From NCBI GenBank assembly GCA_002633005.1, contig NMRA01000264.1, positions 62,001-126,000 of the forward strand: a DNA stretch of 64,000 nt. Direction: 5' to 3'. This document shows positions 36,943 through 49,500 of the stretch, piece by piece. Below the pieces are notes generated by a model. That model did not search any database, was not told where the DNA came from, and worked only from the letters and a program-made list of their open reading frames with translations. Numbering within the stretch: position 1 is the first letter of the stretch; every line of letters starts with the position of its first letter. A program made the position numbers and the translations under genes. The stretch comes from Phoronis australis. Lineage: Eukaryota; Animalia; Phoronida.

Positions 36943-37578
36943 CTATTGCCATCGCCTATCTGCGCGTTCTTGGGGGATGTTGCTAGGGATGGGGCCGTCA
37001 GGGGATGTTGTCATGGCTGGAGTTTCAGGTGTGGTGTTGCGCGGTAACCCGATTGGGCTCTCGAAGCCAATGAGTTCACCCTCGGGAAGTACGTCATCAC
37101 ACGAAGTTTGGTTAGTATGGTGCATGTGACGATGAATCTCCTCTGTCAATGAGGTGTTGTTGGGAAAGGGGTCGTCGGGGGTTGTTGTGGCAGAGCGGCT
37201 CAGTGTTGTGTTGCCCGGGGGCCCATTTGGGCCGTCGACGCCACTGGGTTCACCCTCGGGAAATATATCATCACACAAAGCTTCGTTAGTATCGTGCAAG
37301 TGGCGATAAATCGCCTCTATCCGAATTCCCTGCTCGACAAGGTACCGCTCAGGTACATGAAGGCGTCCTATCAAAGCTTCGGGAACGTCAGGAAGTAGAA
37401 ATGTGTGCACAACAGCCACGCAAGGATTATCGTGTGCGTCGCTGACAAATCCTGGAGATCCAGAACTTCCACCGATGAACTTCTCGCTCGTATGATAGAG
37501 CGCCCTCCTTTGATCTTGAAGGCAATGGAATGCGTCAACACCCAAATGGTGGAGTGACCAGTTGCGCGCTTCGTTGTA
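36943..37578 (-). CDS. Terminal protease exon with the catalytic Ser and a duplicated 58-aa tail
   Basis: YHTSEKFIGGSSGSPGF...VAVVHT; CTCTTTCAG acceptor; 174-nt internal duplication. Confidence 0.88.
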   Translation of the reverse strand, partial: YNEARNWSLHHLGVDAFHCLQDQRRALYHTSEKFIGGSSGSPGFVSDAHDNPCVAVVHTFLLPDVPEALIGRLHVPERYLVEQGIRIEAIYRHLHDTNEALCDDIFPEGEPSGVDGPNGPPGNTTLSRSATTTPDDPFPNNTSLTEEIHRHMHHTNQTSCDDVLPEGELIGFESPIGLPRNTTPETPAMTTSPDGPIPSNIPQERADRRWQ

Positions 37579-40500
37579 CTGAAAGAGAGTAACGATGCTA
37601 AACCGTAAATGGCATTGTGACTACCAACCAACCAACACGTGAGATTTACAAGACACGAGAGAACTTTTTATAACGTATAACCATCAAACCTTAATTTTCC
37701 GAATGTGCGACTTTTGAAGTCGCTGTCCACCATTCTTATTCATATAACCCTATTTGAAGGGAGCTCACATGACACGTTCAACGAAGTGTCTAGGGATGAA
37801 AATCAAATAAGTTCATCATGTGTAACCTGAAAGCAATTTGGCTATTACTTTTATGTAAATACTTAGAAATTATCTCATTTGAGAATTTTTTAATATTGCA
37901 ATGTGTTCAGTTGTATGGGTATACGAATAAATACATACTGCTTGAGTTAGTTCCGCTGGGGTCATGTGTACTACTGCGCACTGTATGTCCGCAATCTTGG
38001 CGTGTCCAAGAGGATGGCCAGCAAAATGGACTTTGTTGTGCCTGTCCAACTTTTTGAACTTAGTTAATGCACCTGGAAGCGGACTTTCTGGGTCAACCAT
38101 CAACTCCAACACGGCATAATCGAGATCCACGTCGTAGATGACTATAGGGTTGGGAGCTATATTGAAGGACGTGTAACCTGCTTCGTCGCCACCTTGGTAG
38201 GGTCTGTCGAAATTGAACAAGCAAGATCGTTGGCTTCGTCGTCTCGTTTCTTCCGCTGAAACAAGCTCCAACACATAAAAAACCTTCACAATTAACCAAT
38301 CAGACACCGCCGAGACCCCATTAACACAAAGTATTATGGGATTACAGTCACCCAAAGAAACACCCTCAAAAGACGCAGATTCATTTTACATGCGTGCACC
38401 CAGGGTTAGGGGCTCGCGGGCTCGAAGTGGACAAAGGCCCGCCTCTGAGAAACAAAAACTCCGAAAAAATAGAAAACGAGACAAAAATGCACTAAAAAGA
38501 CAGGAACTATCAAAACTCGGCGAATGCACAATTCATAGCTCTGAACGTACCCCATGAATCTTAGCAAAAGGTCCAAATTCTCAAAAATTCGAGAAACCCA
38601 TTTTTAGGCTGGGTGCGCGCATGTTTTAACAGCATATCAAGCAACCAGAAACTCAGTTTATCGTACGTGCGAGTAGACAAGAGGCACGTGTCCAATATTT
38701 ACAGACACTTTACCGAGCAGACGACTGCCTCCGTGACGTTTCCTCGGTTCTTGATTGGCGACTCCTACTAATCTACGCTCGCTAGGAGGCGCACGGATTA
38801 ATTTCACCGCTACTGGCAAAAAGGTCAATGACAGAAAAGCAGGGAGACGTAAAGCGCAACACGAGAGAATCAACTGAAAAGCTCTAACACAGACAAAGTG
38901 CAAACAACACCAGCTGTCTATCCCTACTATCTTGGCTACAACCGACCACTGTCACCTAAACCTCTCAAAAAATCAGAAATAGGTGTTCAAATGCCAATGT
39001 TTGTGTCATTTCTCATTTTTAATTAAAATTGTAAAATGTTGCATGTCATCAGAAAGTTTATCTGTTACTCTTTCAAATAATAGCACGTACCTCGTTAAAT
39101 TGTTATACATGTACGATTGTAATTAGCTTACTGTTAAACAGGACATACGTGCGAAAGTGTAAGTTGCAAATGCTGTTTATCATGTTTCGTTAACACCGGT
39201 CATAATCTCGACAACACTATTCCGACACCTTCACACCCTCATGGATCTGTAACAAATTTGACCATAAACCGATGTATGTTATGACTCTTTCAGTACAATA
39301 TGCAGAAAATTATGAGCCGTTACTAAGCTTACTTGAGGTGAAAGGGCAACGCTTCGCCGGCGTCTGCTGGATTTTTCAAGCCTGTGCGATCTCTGTTGGA
39401 TTCGGTAGGAGCAGAGAAAATCGGCGGGAAATTTTAGTAGGATTCATCTGTGTCTTAGATGTTTGATAGGTTGAATCTCAAGCCTCTTCTTCGGTTCACA
39501 GACGGATTTTCAATTCTCACTACAGTTTTCCGCGGATTTTCTCAACTCCGACCGAATCCACCAGAGGGTGCACAGGTTTGAATAAGCCAGCAGACGATGG
39601 CGAAACGTTGCCCTTTCATCTCAAGTAAGTTCAGTAACTACTCATAATTTTCTGCAAATTAAATTTGACAATCATTGAAATCTGAGATTTATTAACACAG
39701 TTGTCCACCGACTCAGTCAGGGTTTACGGTTCCATTGCGCCTATGCAGGGTACACCGCATATCACCAGTTGGTAAGCAGCCAACTTGATTTATTAAGTTT
39801 GAGGTTTGCGACTTTAGCTTGGCCTAATAAGTACTACGTGAGACCTGAAACATCGAGTTATTTCCTTACTACGTTCCCAAGAGTTTTGAAACAACGGACG
39901 AAAACCGAGTGGGAAAGGAATAAACAGTAGGAACTCTTGTTACAAGCTGAACGGACGATGTCGCCTATAATGCATGTTTCTGGCCAAAGTTGCCCGTTTT
40001 GGTCCGTCCGCGGTACGATTCATCAAGATATTAAATCAGAATCGGACGTTCTGACAGGAGCTCCATTAGCTATGAAATGCTACACAACAGAATCGCATCG
40101 ACATGCTAATCTATAGCAAGCTTAGACGTATGCAAAGAAGGTGCTCAACTGTGAGAAGCGAATACTGAGTACCATCAACGAAGTACTGAGTTTGTTGTCT
40201 ACAGTTTACTGCCTTTCTGTAGAAAAAATGCGGACTAAACTGCGAATAAAGTCTGAAGACTACTGCTGAAATTCTATCCAGTGGTCAAAAGAAAACCGCC
40301 GTTCATAAGACGCTTGGTGAATAAACCACAAACTTGACTGCAACTTTTGAATCACACATACTGTAGCCGTCAGTGTTGATGAACATTTAGAAAGATTCAT
40401 AATGAAAATTTTGATTTTGAAAGAGAAATAAACAGTAATCTTTCATCACGCTTTCTGGCAGTATACAACACTACACGTCGATTTCCGAACTTTTTTGATA

Positions 40501-43500
40501 TGCTTGTAAGCAGTTGAGTATTTTTATTCACTCTCTGACCACTTGGTAGTCGAGCCTAAAACGGCATTATAACACGACACTCATACTTATGTCATTTGAA
40601 TGTCGTTATTCGTGACTGAACTGGTCAATCAGGCGCTCTATAAACCTGACCGTGTAAACAAAGCAATTAGACGATGACAGTTCATCAAAGCAGGTAAAAC
40701 ATGCCAATTTAATAAGGGCCGAAAAAATCAGATAAGAGAAACATCAGTGGCTGCGTGTAATGAAACAAATATAGAACAACCCCTCGTTGGAGCAATGTTG
40801 CAACATCGCTCTCCCTTGGTCCATGTGATCAGGGTACGGGGTCTAATCTTTATACTCTAAATATAACTCGAAATCATTTTTGGCATTTTCTGAACTATTT
40901 TTGAGATATGTGGCTATTGGTCTACGCTCGAGTACATTATGGCTTATCCGCACAAGTTTCTAGTCAAAGTTTTCATTTGATGACGCCTATATTCGTGCTA
41001 CAAACTCGAGTAAAAAGTCGAAATTTCGAGTTCAGTTTCGAACCTTTAGCCTAATAGTGGAGACATTAAGTGCTTGCTAACCAGGAATAGAAAGTTATCC
41101 ACGAAAGCCATTATGAACTCGAGCATAGAGTAATGGACACTTATTTTGAATTCGAACAAAAGTAAAATAAAGAATTCCAAAAACAATTTCGAGCTTGAGT
41201 TCGAGTAAAAAGATTGGATCCGAGGCTCTGATATTGCTCTGGGATCAGTCCCTATCAGTAAAATAATCATGAACCATAATGACGCTTGGCTACATTTTCT
41301 TGAGTACTAGTGTGACTGGAGCTGCAATGTTTTACTACCAGCTTACCAGGAGAGGGCGCATCGGCTTCTTTTACAACATGGTAGTTCGTCATTAGGTAAC
41401 GCGTACCCACACGAAATGCAGTACCATTCTGACCATTTGACCACGTCAACTTGGCTACAGACGAGAATGCATGCGTCAAGGACTTCATGAAATGACCAGA
41501 TAATGTGTCCTTGCCCAAGTGACGCGCTGGCCCAGAATCACGTGGTAAGGGTGCAAATCTTTTCTGAAAAAACAGAAAGACTGCCAGTATAGTAATTTTA
41601 GTTCCCAGGGCTCACAATGAGGTGTCAACAGGTCGTGTGAATACCTTTGTACTGGATACTGTGACTACTATCTCATTGGCAGTAATTAGTAAACTGCTTT
41701 TTCCCAATCATGACGTTAGTGTTGGACATGCTTGTCCCAAAATAATCAACTATGAAATGTACGTTGGTAATATCACACTGATTATTCTGCAGTTTTAGGG
41801 TTCACAGAACGGATATTCCACTTGCATGAGTGAATTAAAATCAGATATTTGATAGTTTTGCACATTAACAAAATTCATAGACTTTAGATGAACCAATAAA
41901 CCTCCGATCAGTAGACAGATAAGTTCATTAGTTTTCACGGGACGTTATCTTAAAAGTTCATGGTTTACAAGAAGAGCGAATTCTTCAAAAATTCTTATAC
42001 CGCATACGTCTTGATACNNNNNNNNNNNNNNNNNNNNNCCCCCGTACAACAACCGTGTCACGTGTAAGTCCAATACACACACAGACACATGCACACACGC
42101 ATACATACAGAGTAGTGGAGCAGTTAAGTGCAAAAATCAGAAGAATCATTAACTTCATGATACAAGCACCAAATATGGTCTGTGTATCCAACAGAGAGTG
42201 TTGTTTCATAAAAGAACGTGAGCCACACAAAAAAAATCAAAATGGCACCCATTTTCAAGATGGCCGTCATTTGCTAAGTTTAATCTCAAATGTTTTTGCA
42301 CAGAATGGGGTTTTAGCAATGTTTTTGATTTTGGTGTCAAAATATATGTAATTTTGCACGTGAAATCTAAAGTTCTATGCTTGAAATAAATATTATGAAC
42401 ATTAGTAACACGTTTTGCTCGTTTTATCTGGAAAGAGGGAAAATATACCCTCAACGTAGAGGAAAGTAACGTCCACCTGAAATACGCAGAGATCTGTTCA
42501 CCACTTCCGCTATGGATAATATCGATCACAATCCAACTTCTACAACGACCAGCACATCTTTTCACGGAACAAGCATTTCTCTATTTCAGCATCCCACTCA
42601 ATAAAATGATGGAGATAAGCTGCAGTTGACAGGCAGCAAGACAAAGATAGTTCCTGAACTTCCTACCTCTTATACGAACGTTCGACCTGCAACAATAGAC
42701 AACCACGTCCTTAAGCATTTGCCTTACCATTGCTCGACATCAACATGCTACAAGCACAGCGAGTCTAACATGGTCTGCCCATTATGCAGAGAAGAAAAAT
42801 AGTGCTACATATCAGGCCTGTATGTCTGCTATGATGCCTTTGCTGAGAGATGAAGCTCAGTCTGTAGCCACAGTTCGACGTGCAATGGATAAGATCAGAG
42901 ATGCAGTGAAAACTCTGGACAAGTGCTTGTGATCAATGCGGATCAACCAATTTACGTGATAGCAAAGCAGTGACAGTGGCAGTGGCCTGAAGAGTACGCT
43001 AAGCAGGGGTTTACACATCGAAATGACCGCGCTACGCTCTCTGGATTTCCTTCTTCAAGGCAGTGGGTGACAGGAGCTCTAACTGAAGCAGGCTCACCTG
43101 GCACAACTGATTCATTCCTGAGGACTGGTGCGAACGTCGCAAACCACAGAGCCCTAAGTCTCAGTACTGGCATCTTGAGCTGTCGATGGAGTTAGTCACT
43201 CTGATTTTCATCAGGTCTTTGAGAGAAGCTTATTTCAGTCTCTATCGCCTTTCTAGGGTGTGAGCTGATCCCACGCCTGTTCGCAAACAACAATGTGAAC
43301 TATGCACGGTGGCTTCCAGTTCACTGCTTGACATGATGACTTTGGACGAAACACATCCTAAGGTTGCAGCAGCTTTTAATGATGGGAAGTTCGTTGTCCA
43401 TAAGTCAGACAAAGCTTTTTCTGCAATGGTAATCGACCAAGCCCATGAACAGGCCAATACTGTCATCAAAAGTGATGGTGTAATGATTGGAATCACCGAA

Positions 43501-46500
43501 GACGCAATAGCCCTAAAAGATGGACAGTTGCTGGCCCTGTTGTCTGTCAGCTCATAGAGCAATTTGAGGAGTCATTAGTGTTGAGAGATGCGACCCACCA
43601 GACAAGCCACCACGAACAGAACGTGACCAATCAGAGAACATTCATGGAAAAGGTACAAAGATTGACCAGCACAATAGAGGGAATGGGCAATACATTTGAA
43701 GAAGAAACTGGAGATCTGCTGAGCCTGGACAATAAAGATTTTGCTCACCAAAACGGGACCGAAAGGGTGCTTACACAACTCTCAATTAGGAAGGCGTGCT
43801 TTGAGGAATTTATAGCCACACTAGAGAGTGAAGACACTGGCTCTTATGCTCCTATAAAAAAGGCAAAGAAGGATGACTGTAAGCTGATTTCTAGGCTATT
43901 CATCTCCTGTCGGAACAGAGAATGTGATGTACAAGTTTTTTTTTCTCCACGAGAATCAGCCATTCCCAGCAGCTCTCAGCAACGGCGGAATTCTGCAGGT
44001 CTGCCAGAATTCACAGCTAGCTGTCATTACTGAAGCCAAGGTTACACTGCCTGATGAAGAACCTGTGATTGATGCCATCATAATCGATGGCTCAGCTCTG
44101 GTCAGTGCCCTGCCTCAAAGAACTTCGAAGACATTTGTAGAGTATGCCCTGCTGGAAATTGTCCTAAAAGTTAAATCATGGGTCATGAAATATCAGAGAA
44201 CAGACATTGCATTTGACGTTTATATAGCATCCAGTCTGAAATCAAAACACGATCGAAACGTGGACATGGCGCCTGACGCTGGGTCACAGGGACTGGAAAG
44301 GTGCCACGAAGCTGGCTTACCTTCTTCTGTCATTCTGCCAACAAAATTGGGCTGTTTGAATTCCTGGCTCTGGTTTGTCAGCCCAGTGCGTGGAATGGGG
44401 ATGGAATCAAGAAGGAGACAACTGGACAGTTATCTGAGATGCACGGCTTTGTGTAGCTGTGTGTGCAATGAATGAAGCATTCATGACCAAAGCGATTTAC
44501 TGTTCATTATCTGTTCAGCAAGTTTTGCAAAAAAACAGTCGAAAATCGTAAAATAGTTGTTTTGCCTGAGTAAAATAATGTTTGTATTTGCAGCTATTTG
44601 TACATTATATTCTAAGATGTCTGAAATGCATGAAACGATGTTTAAATAAACAAAATTGAATAACTAGGTCGAGTGATATCTACAAAATGAAAAACCAAGG
44701 CCCCGATGGAGGCCATCCTGAAAATGGCCGCCATTTTGCTTTTTCACGTGTCTAACAGCTTTTTTAAATCTACACCCTATCAGAAATTTATGTGCCAAAT
44801 TTGGTACTTGTATCATAATTGAACGGTTCTTCAATTTTCTACTCCACTAATAAAAACGTACAAGATAATTTGCTAGTAGATAACATTTGTTGAACACGCA
44901 ACGAAGACACAGAGATCTCGGCGAATATCTTTGAAAATTATCAACAGTGAACATTGTTGTGTGTTCAAAAATACATAACTACAAACTTCCATATATTTAT
45001 ACATCAGAATAATGTGACAGCACCTCATGTGAGATTTATTGTTAGGCGTACAATTTTCCTGGAAGCAGATGTACTCCCCACCTTTTGAAGCCTTTATAGT
45101 ATACATGCTTACGCTATGATCCTTACACCATTGCTCTAACTCACCGCGGGAGGCACTGTGCTTTCCGTAAACACATCGTAAGCACGTTTCCTTTGAAATT
45201 CACGTGTCACAGAGAAGGAACATTCAGCAGACATGCCATAGGCCGTTCCTCTGTTTAGCCTTGATTCATGGTGGATATCAAAGGGGTGCTCCTTGCGTAG
45301 ATGGGACTTAGCATGATTCTGATCTGCATCGGAAAACATAGGATAGGATTGAATCTATTGAAAAGTGAAACCTAATTTGATGACGGATGACAGAAGGTTG
45401 ATAAACAAAAACACAACAGTCAAATATAACATTATAGATGATTTAATAAAAAGGAAATTCCACATGAAATGAAAGGCACCAGAAAATACAGACAGCATAT
45501 TATATGGTTCTCTTAAATGCGTTTTAGCATCGGAGATATGAAACACTAAATGAATGAACGATTAGGTTACGCAACACTGATGTGGACTATCTCAAGAACT
45601 AAGCATCCTCGAGCTAAATTTACATTGTGGAGATCTGGGCATTTTAGAGTGCAATCACTGAACTGGATAATGTTATCACGTGAAATTTGGACCGCTAACT
45701 CACCGAAAGCGTCAAAACCAAATGGATCGGTCCCAAAACAAGATACTAAAACATTGAATATCAAAGACGGGTCTGTGGGTCTGCATGGTGCTTTGAACAC
45801 CAGGGGATTCACAATGAAATATCAACGGGAACGTTTGTGTGCGAATTCCCTAAATGAGGCAATTAGTACAGTCCGTGCCATGTTTGAAAAACACACCATG
45901 AACGTAAGTCCTGAATGAAAATATTTTTAAGATCATAATTAAATCAACTATTGAAATGCGTTCACTGACAGACGATACCAAAATAGTATGGACATGAAAG
46001 CAGTTTTTACACGATTCACAAAAGCCTAAAAACGAATATTGTCTTGTGAAAGGAAAATCCTGATGATAATTTACATACGACAAAGAAACTCTAAATGTGA
46101 TACCTCTTGGTAGGACGACATCCACAGCTACCTTTCCGTTGGCGCTGTTCTCACATGGAAGATATTTTCCCAACTTTTCTCTCGCCTGCAGCAGCTTGTC
46201 AGCAAGAAAGAAAGACGGTGTCTCTTGATCACTGGTCAGACAATGAGGGCACAAGTACATTATGTCACAAGGAGCCCCGGGCCATTTTTTCATGAGGCTC
46301 CTTATACCAGTGTAGGCATGTTCAAGTTTCGACCACAACGACGAAACGTCATTCCCCCATAAAGCCAATGCGACAACTATGTCAGTGCCTTCACATTTTC
46401 TAGTGAACAATGCTTTGTCGTCGTCCTTTTCCAAATAGATGCCGTCTTTCCAGATCATGAAATCCAACAAAAAATCTTCAAACAGCTGACGCAAGAGGAC

Positions 46501-49500
46501 CATAGCAAGCTCAAAGAAGCCTTCAGGACACTGCATGGGAAAGCAAAAATTGAGCTGGTACTGATGTTCGTTTGACAGGCGAGACAACAATCGTTCTTCA
46601 AGAGCGGTAGGTTCATCATTGCTGAGAAACCAAGGAAAGAGCAGTGCTTCGACGCAGTCTTCTTCGCTTACAGTGAAGCACAGGAAAAACTTCTTTAGAA
46701 GGTGAATCATAGTTCTAAACATGTCCTCGTCTGTAACGATACGTTTCAGTAAGCAGTGTAGAAGTTTTGTCGAGATCTGGCCATGCTGCAAAAAATTCAC
46801 CTTTTCCAGTTTAAATGCTGCTTTACTGAAACATGTCGCAAAATCGGAATTACTGTGGTCTAGCAACCTGTCCATATCATGATGAAAGATGGTTTTCAGA
46901 AATTCTACAACAACATCACATCTGTGGAACACATATTGTCGAAGTCGAATGTCTTCTTTGAACCAAAGGAATATTCCACACTGGTGCTGATACTCGAGAA
47001 GAGCCTCTGCAGTCTCATGCGACTCTTCTATTGGGAAACCATTGTTGGTCAATCCTTGGCGTACAATTTCACAAAATTCATCATGCTTGATGAAACTTTT
47101 CCTCCTCACATCTTCTCTATCCATTCGGTCCTGTATGGTTAACCAGGACGCTGGAAGGGTCACGGCTTTACGCTTACAACAGCTGATCAGTTCAGACTCA
47201 AGTTCAGCGATACCCTGCAGGGACTTAGAACTTACTACAAACACGTGATCAGATTGAATCAAATTTGATTCGATTGACTACAATTCCCTGCCTTTTTTGT
47301 CTTCAATTTCCATGAGATATCTTGAGTAATTACGAAAATCAGCTCTGTCGTCTTCTTTGGAAGATTTTAACGCCAGCTCTATGTTGCGCAGTTGAGTTTT
47401 GATACATTCCACCATTCGCACTTGTTGTTGACAGATACGAGATGTTACGTCCGCTGTCGCGGTTTTGATTTCTTCATCAGCACAGTAGTCACTGTGAGTT
47501 CCAACAATAATCACAGTTGCCCTGGGCGACATGAACATAAGTGACTTCAACCAGCGGCCAATCATGTGGTCATATTTACCCTTAGAGTATTTGAACAAGT
47601 CAAAAACTAAGAAAGCTATAATGCCAGAGCATAGAAAGAAAGTGTGTGCTAGCTCATATATATGATGGCCCCCAAAGTCAGTGATATGAACTTTCAGCTC
47701 ATCATTCACATTCCAGATGTATTTCTCGAGAACATGTGTCTGTTCATCGACATCAGTTAGGTATGACTTTCGTTCTTTCATTGTTAGTGCTAGACTGGTT
47801 TTGCCTGCTCCAGTTTCTCCTAAAATAACGATTTGTTGCTTGGCGATGGCACATTCACTGTGTCGCAAATCTCTGAAATATTGAAATATCGGGCGTGTGC
47901 CACTTTTGCAGATTTCGACAGGCGGCCTTGTTAATGGGTTTCCATCTAGACCAATGTAATTCAGTGATTCGCATAGATCGATATAGAGCGGAAGCTGGTA
48001 CAGGCTGTTACCGCTAAGGTCCAGCTCCTCTAACTTCTTCAGTTGACTGACCTCATCAGGGAGCTCAGATATCTTGCAGTTTGTACACCCAAGAGAGTAT
48101 ATATTAACGCACTTGCAAATGGCTTTCAAATCAGTGATTTCGTTGCGGGATAAATCAACAATACTCAGGTCTCTAAGCTGCCTTATGTCATTTGGAATGC
48201 TCGTCAACTTGTTCCCACCCACTCGTAGCTCCTGCAAGTTTCTACACTCACAAAGTGCTCCGAGGTCACTTATCTTATTGTTGGAAAAATATACACGCTT
48301 CAACTCTTTTAAGTTCCCTATTTCAATGGGAATGTCCTTTAACTCATTTTGAGACACATGTATCTCTTGCAGGTGTCTACATTCACAGAGTGCTCGGAGG
48401 TCGCTAATCTTATTCTTAGATATATAAACACGCTTCAGTCCTTTTAAGTTCTTCATTTCCTTTGGAATTTCCATTAGTTCATTTCCAGACATATGAAGTA
48501 CCTGAAGGTTCACAGAAGCGCATAATGCCCTCATATCACTTATTTTGTTGTCGGTTAAACTAACAAATTCCAACTCTTCTAAGCTCATTATCTCGGTCGG
48601 AATATACGTTAATGTGTTGCCCGTCATGTACAAAGCTCGCAGCTTTAAGCATTGACAAAGTGGAGCCATGTCACTCAACTCATTGCCGGATAAGTCAACA
48701 ACCTCCAACTCTCTTAACATCTTCATCTCAATTGGAATATTCTTTAACACGTTGCCGCGCAGATAAAGCGCGCGCAGCTTTATGCAATGAGTAAGTGGCT
48801 TGATGTCATCGATTACGTTATTTGACAAATTCAGTTCGTTCAAATTTAACAACTGCTTCATATTGCTTGGAATGATCTTTAAGTTATTGTCGTGAGCAGC
48901 AAGAGTTTTCAGCTCTCTGCACTGGCATAGAGGCGTAATGTTGTCGATCTGATTGTTAGATATGTCAACGTCCTTCAACTCTCTTAACTTCCCTACGTCA
49001 GTTGGGATATCCTTTAGTTTATTGCTGTTCACGTACAATACTCGCAGTTGGGTACACTCGCTCACTGGGGTAAGGTCTGTGATCTCATTCCTGGATAAAT
49101 TTATTTCTTCCAATTTCGTTAGCATCTTGACACCACTCAGAATGAACTTTAAGTTATTCTCCTGAACATCGAGAATCTTAAGACTCAAAAGTAAAAATGT
49201 CACTTCAGGGATTGTTGTCAGACAATTACCTGATATGTTAAAGTGTACGAGATTCTGGCAATAAGCAAGACCTGCAGGAATTTGAGTGTCTTTTAAGTAC
49301 ATACAGCTAAATACTACGGATGTGCAATTTTCTAATTTTTGCAATATCCCCGTATGTTCCTCCCGATTAGTGTCAATTTTTGACAAGAACTCCAACGCTG
49401 CTCTTCCCTCCAACGATTCTTTCTTTCTACAAGAAATAATAAGACAAGGTTAATCAGTGTCAAAGTTAAAGCAAGACTACGCACGTTTTGAGTAGGCTTC

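Noticed and set aside
45024-45058. Possible extra micro-exon (ENCTPNNKSHM) in the Roco-protease gene
   Set aside because: It has a weak donor and ends in phase 2, which would break the frame of the phase-0 exon at 41563. Direct joining works without it.
45850-46103. C-terminal ~84 aa of the 470-aa ORF
   Set aside because: This is probably intron read-through past the donor at 46103, and its composition is not domain-like. An unspliced, protease-less isoform cannot be fully excluded.
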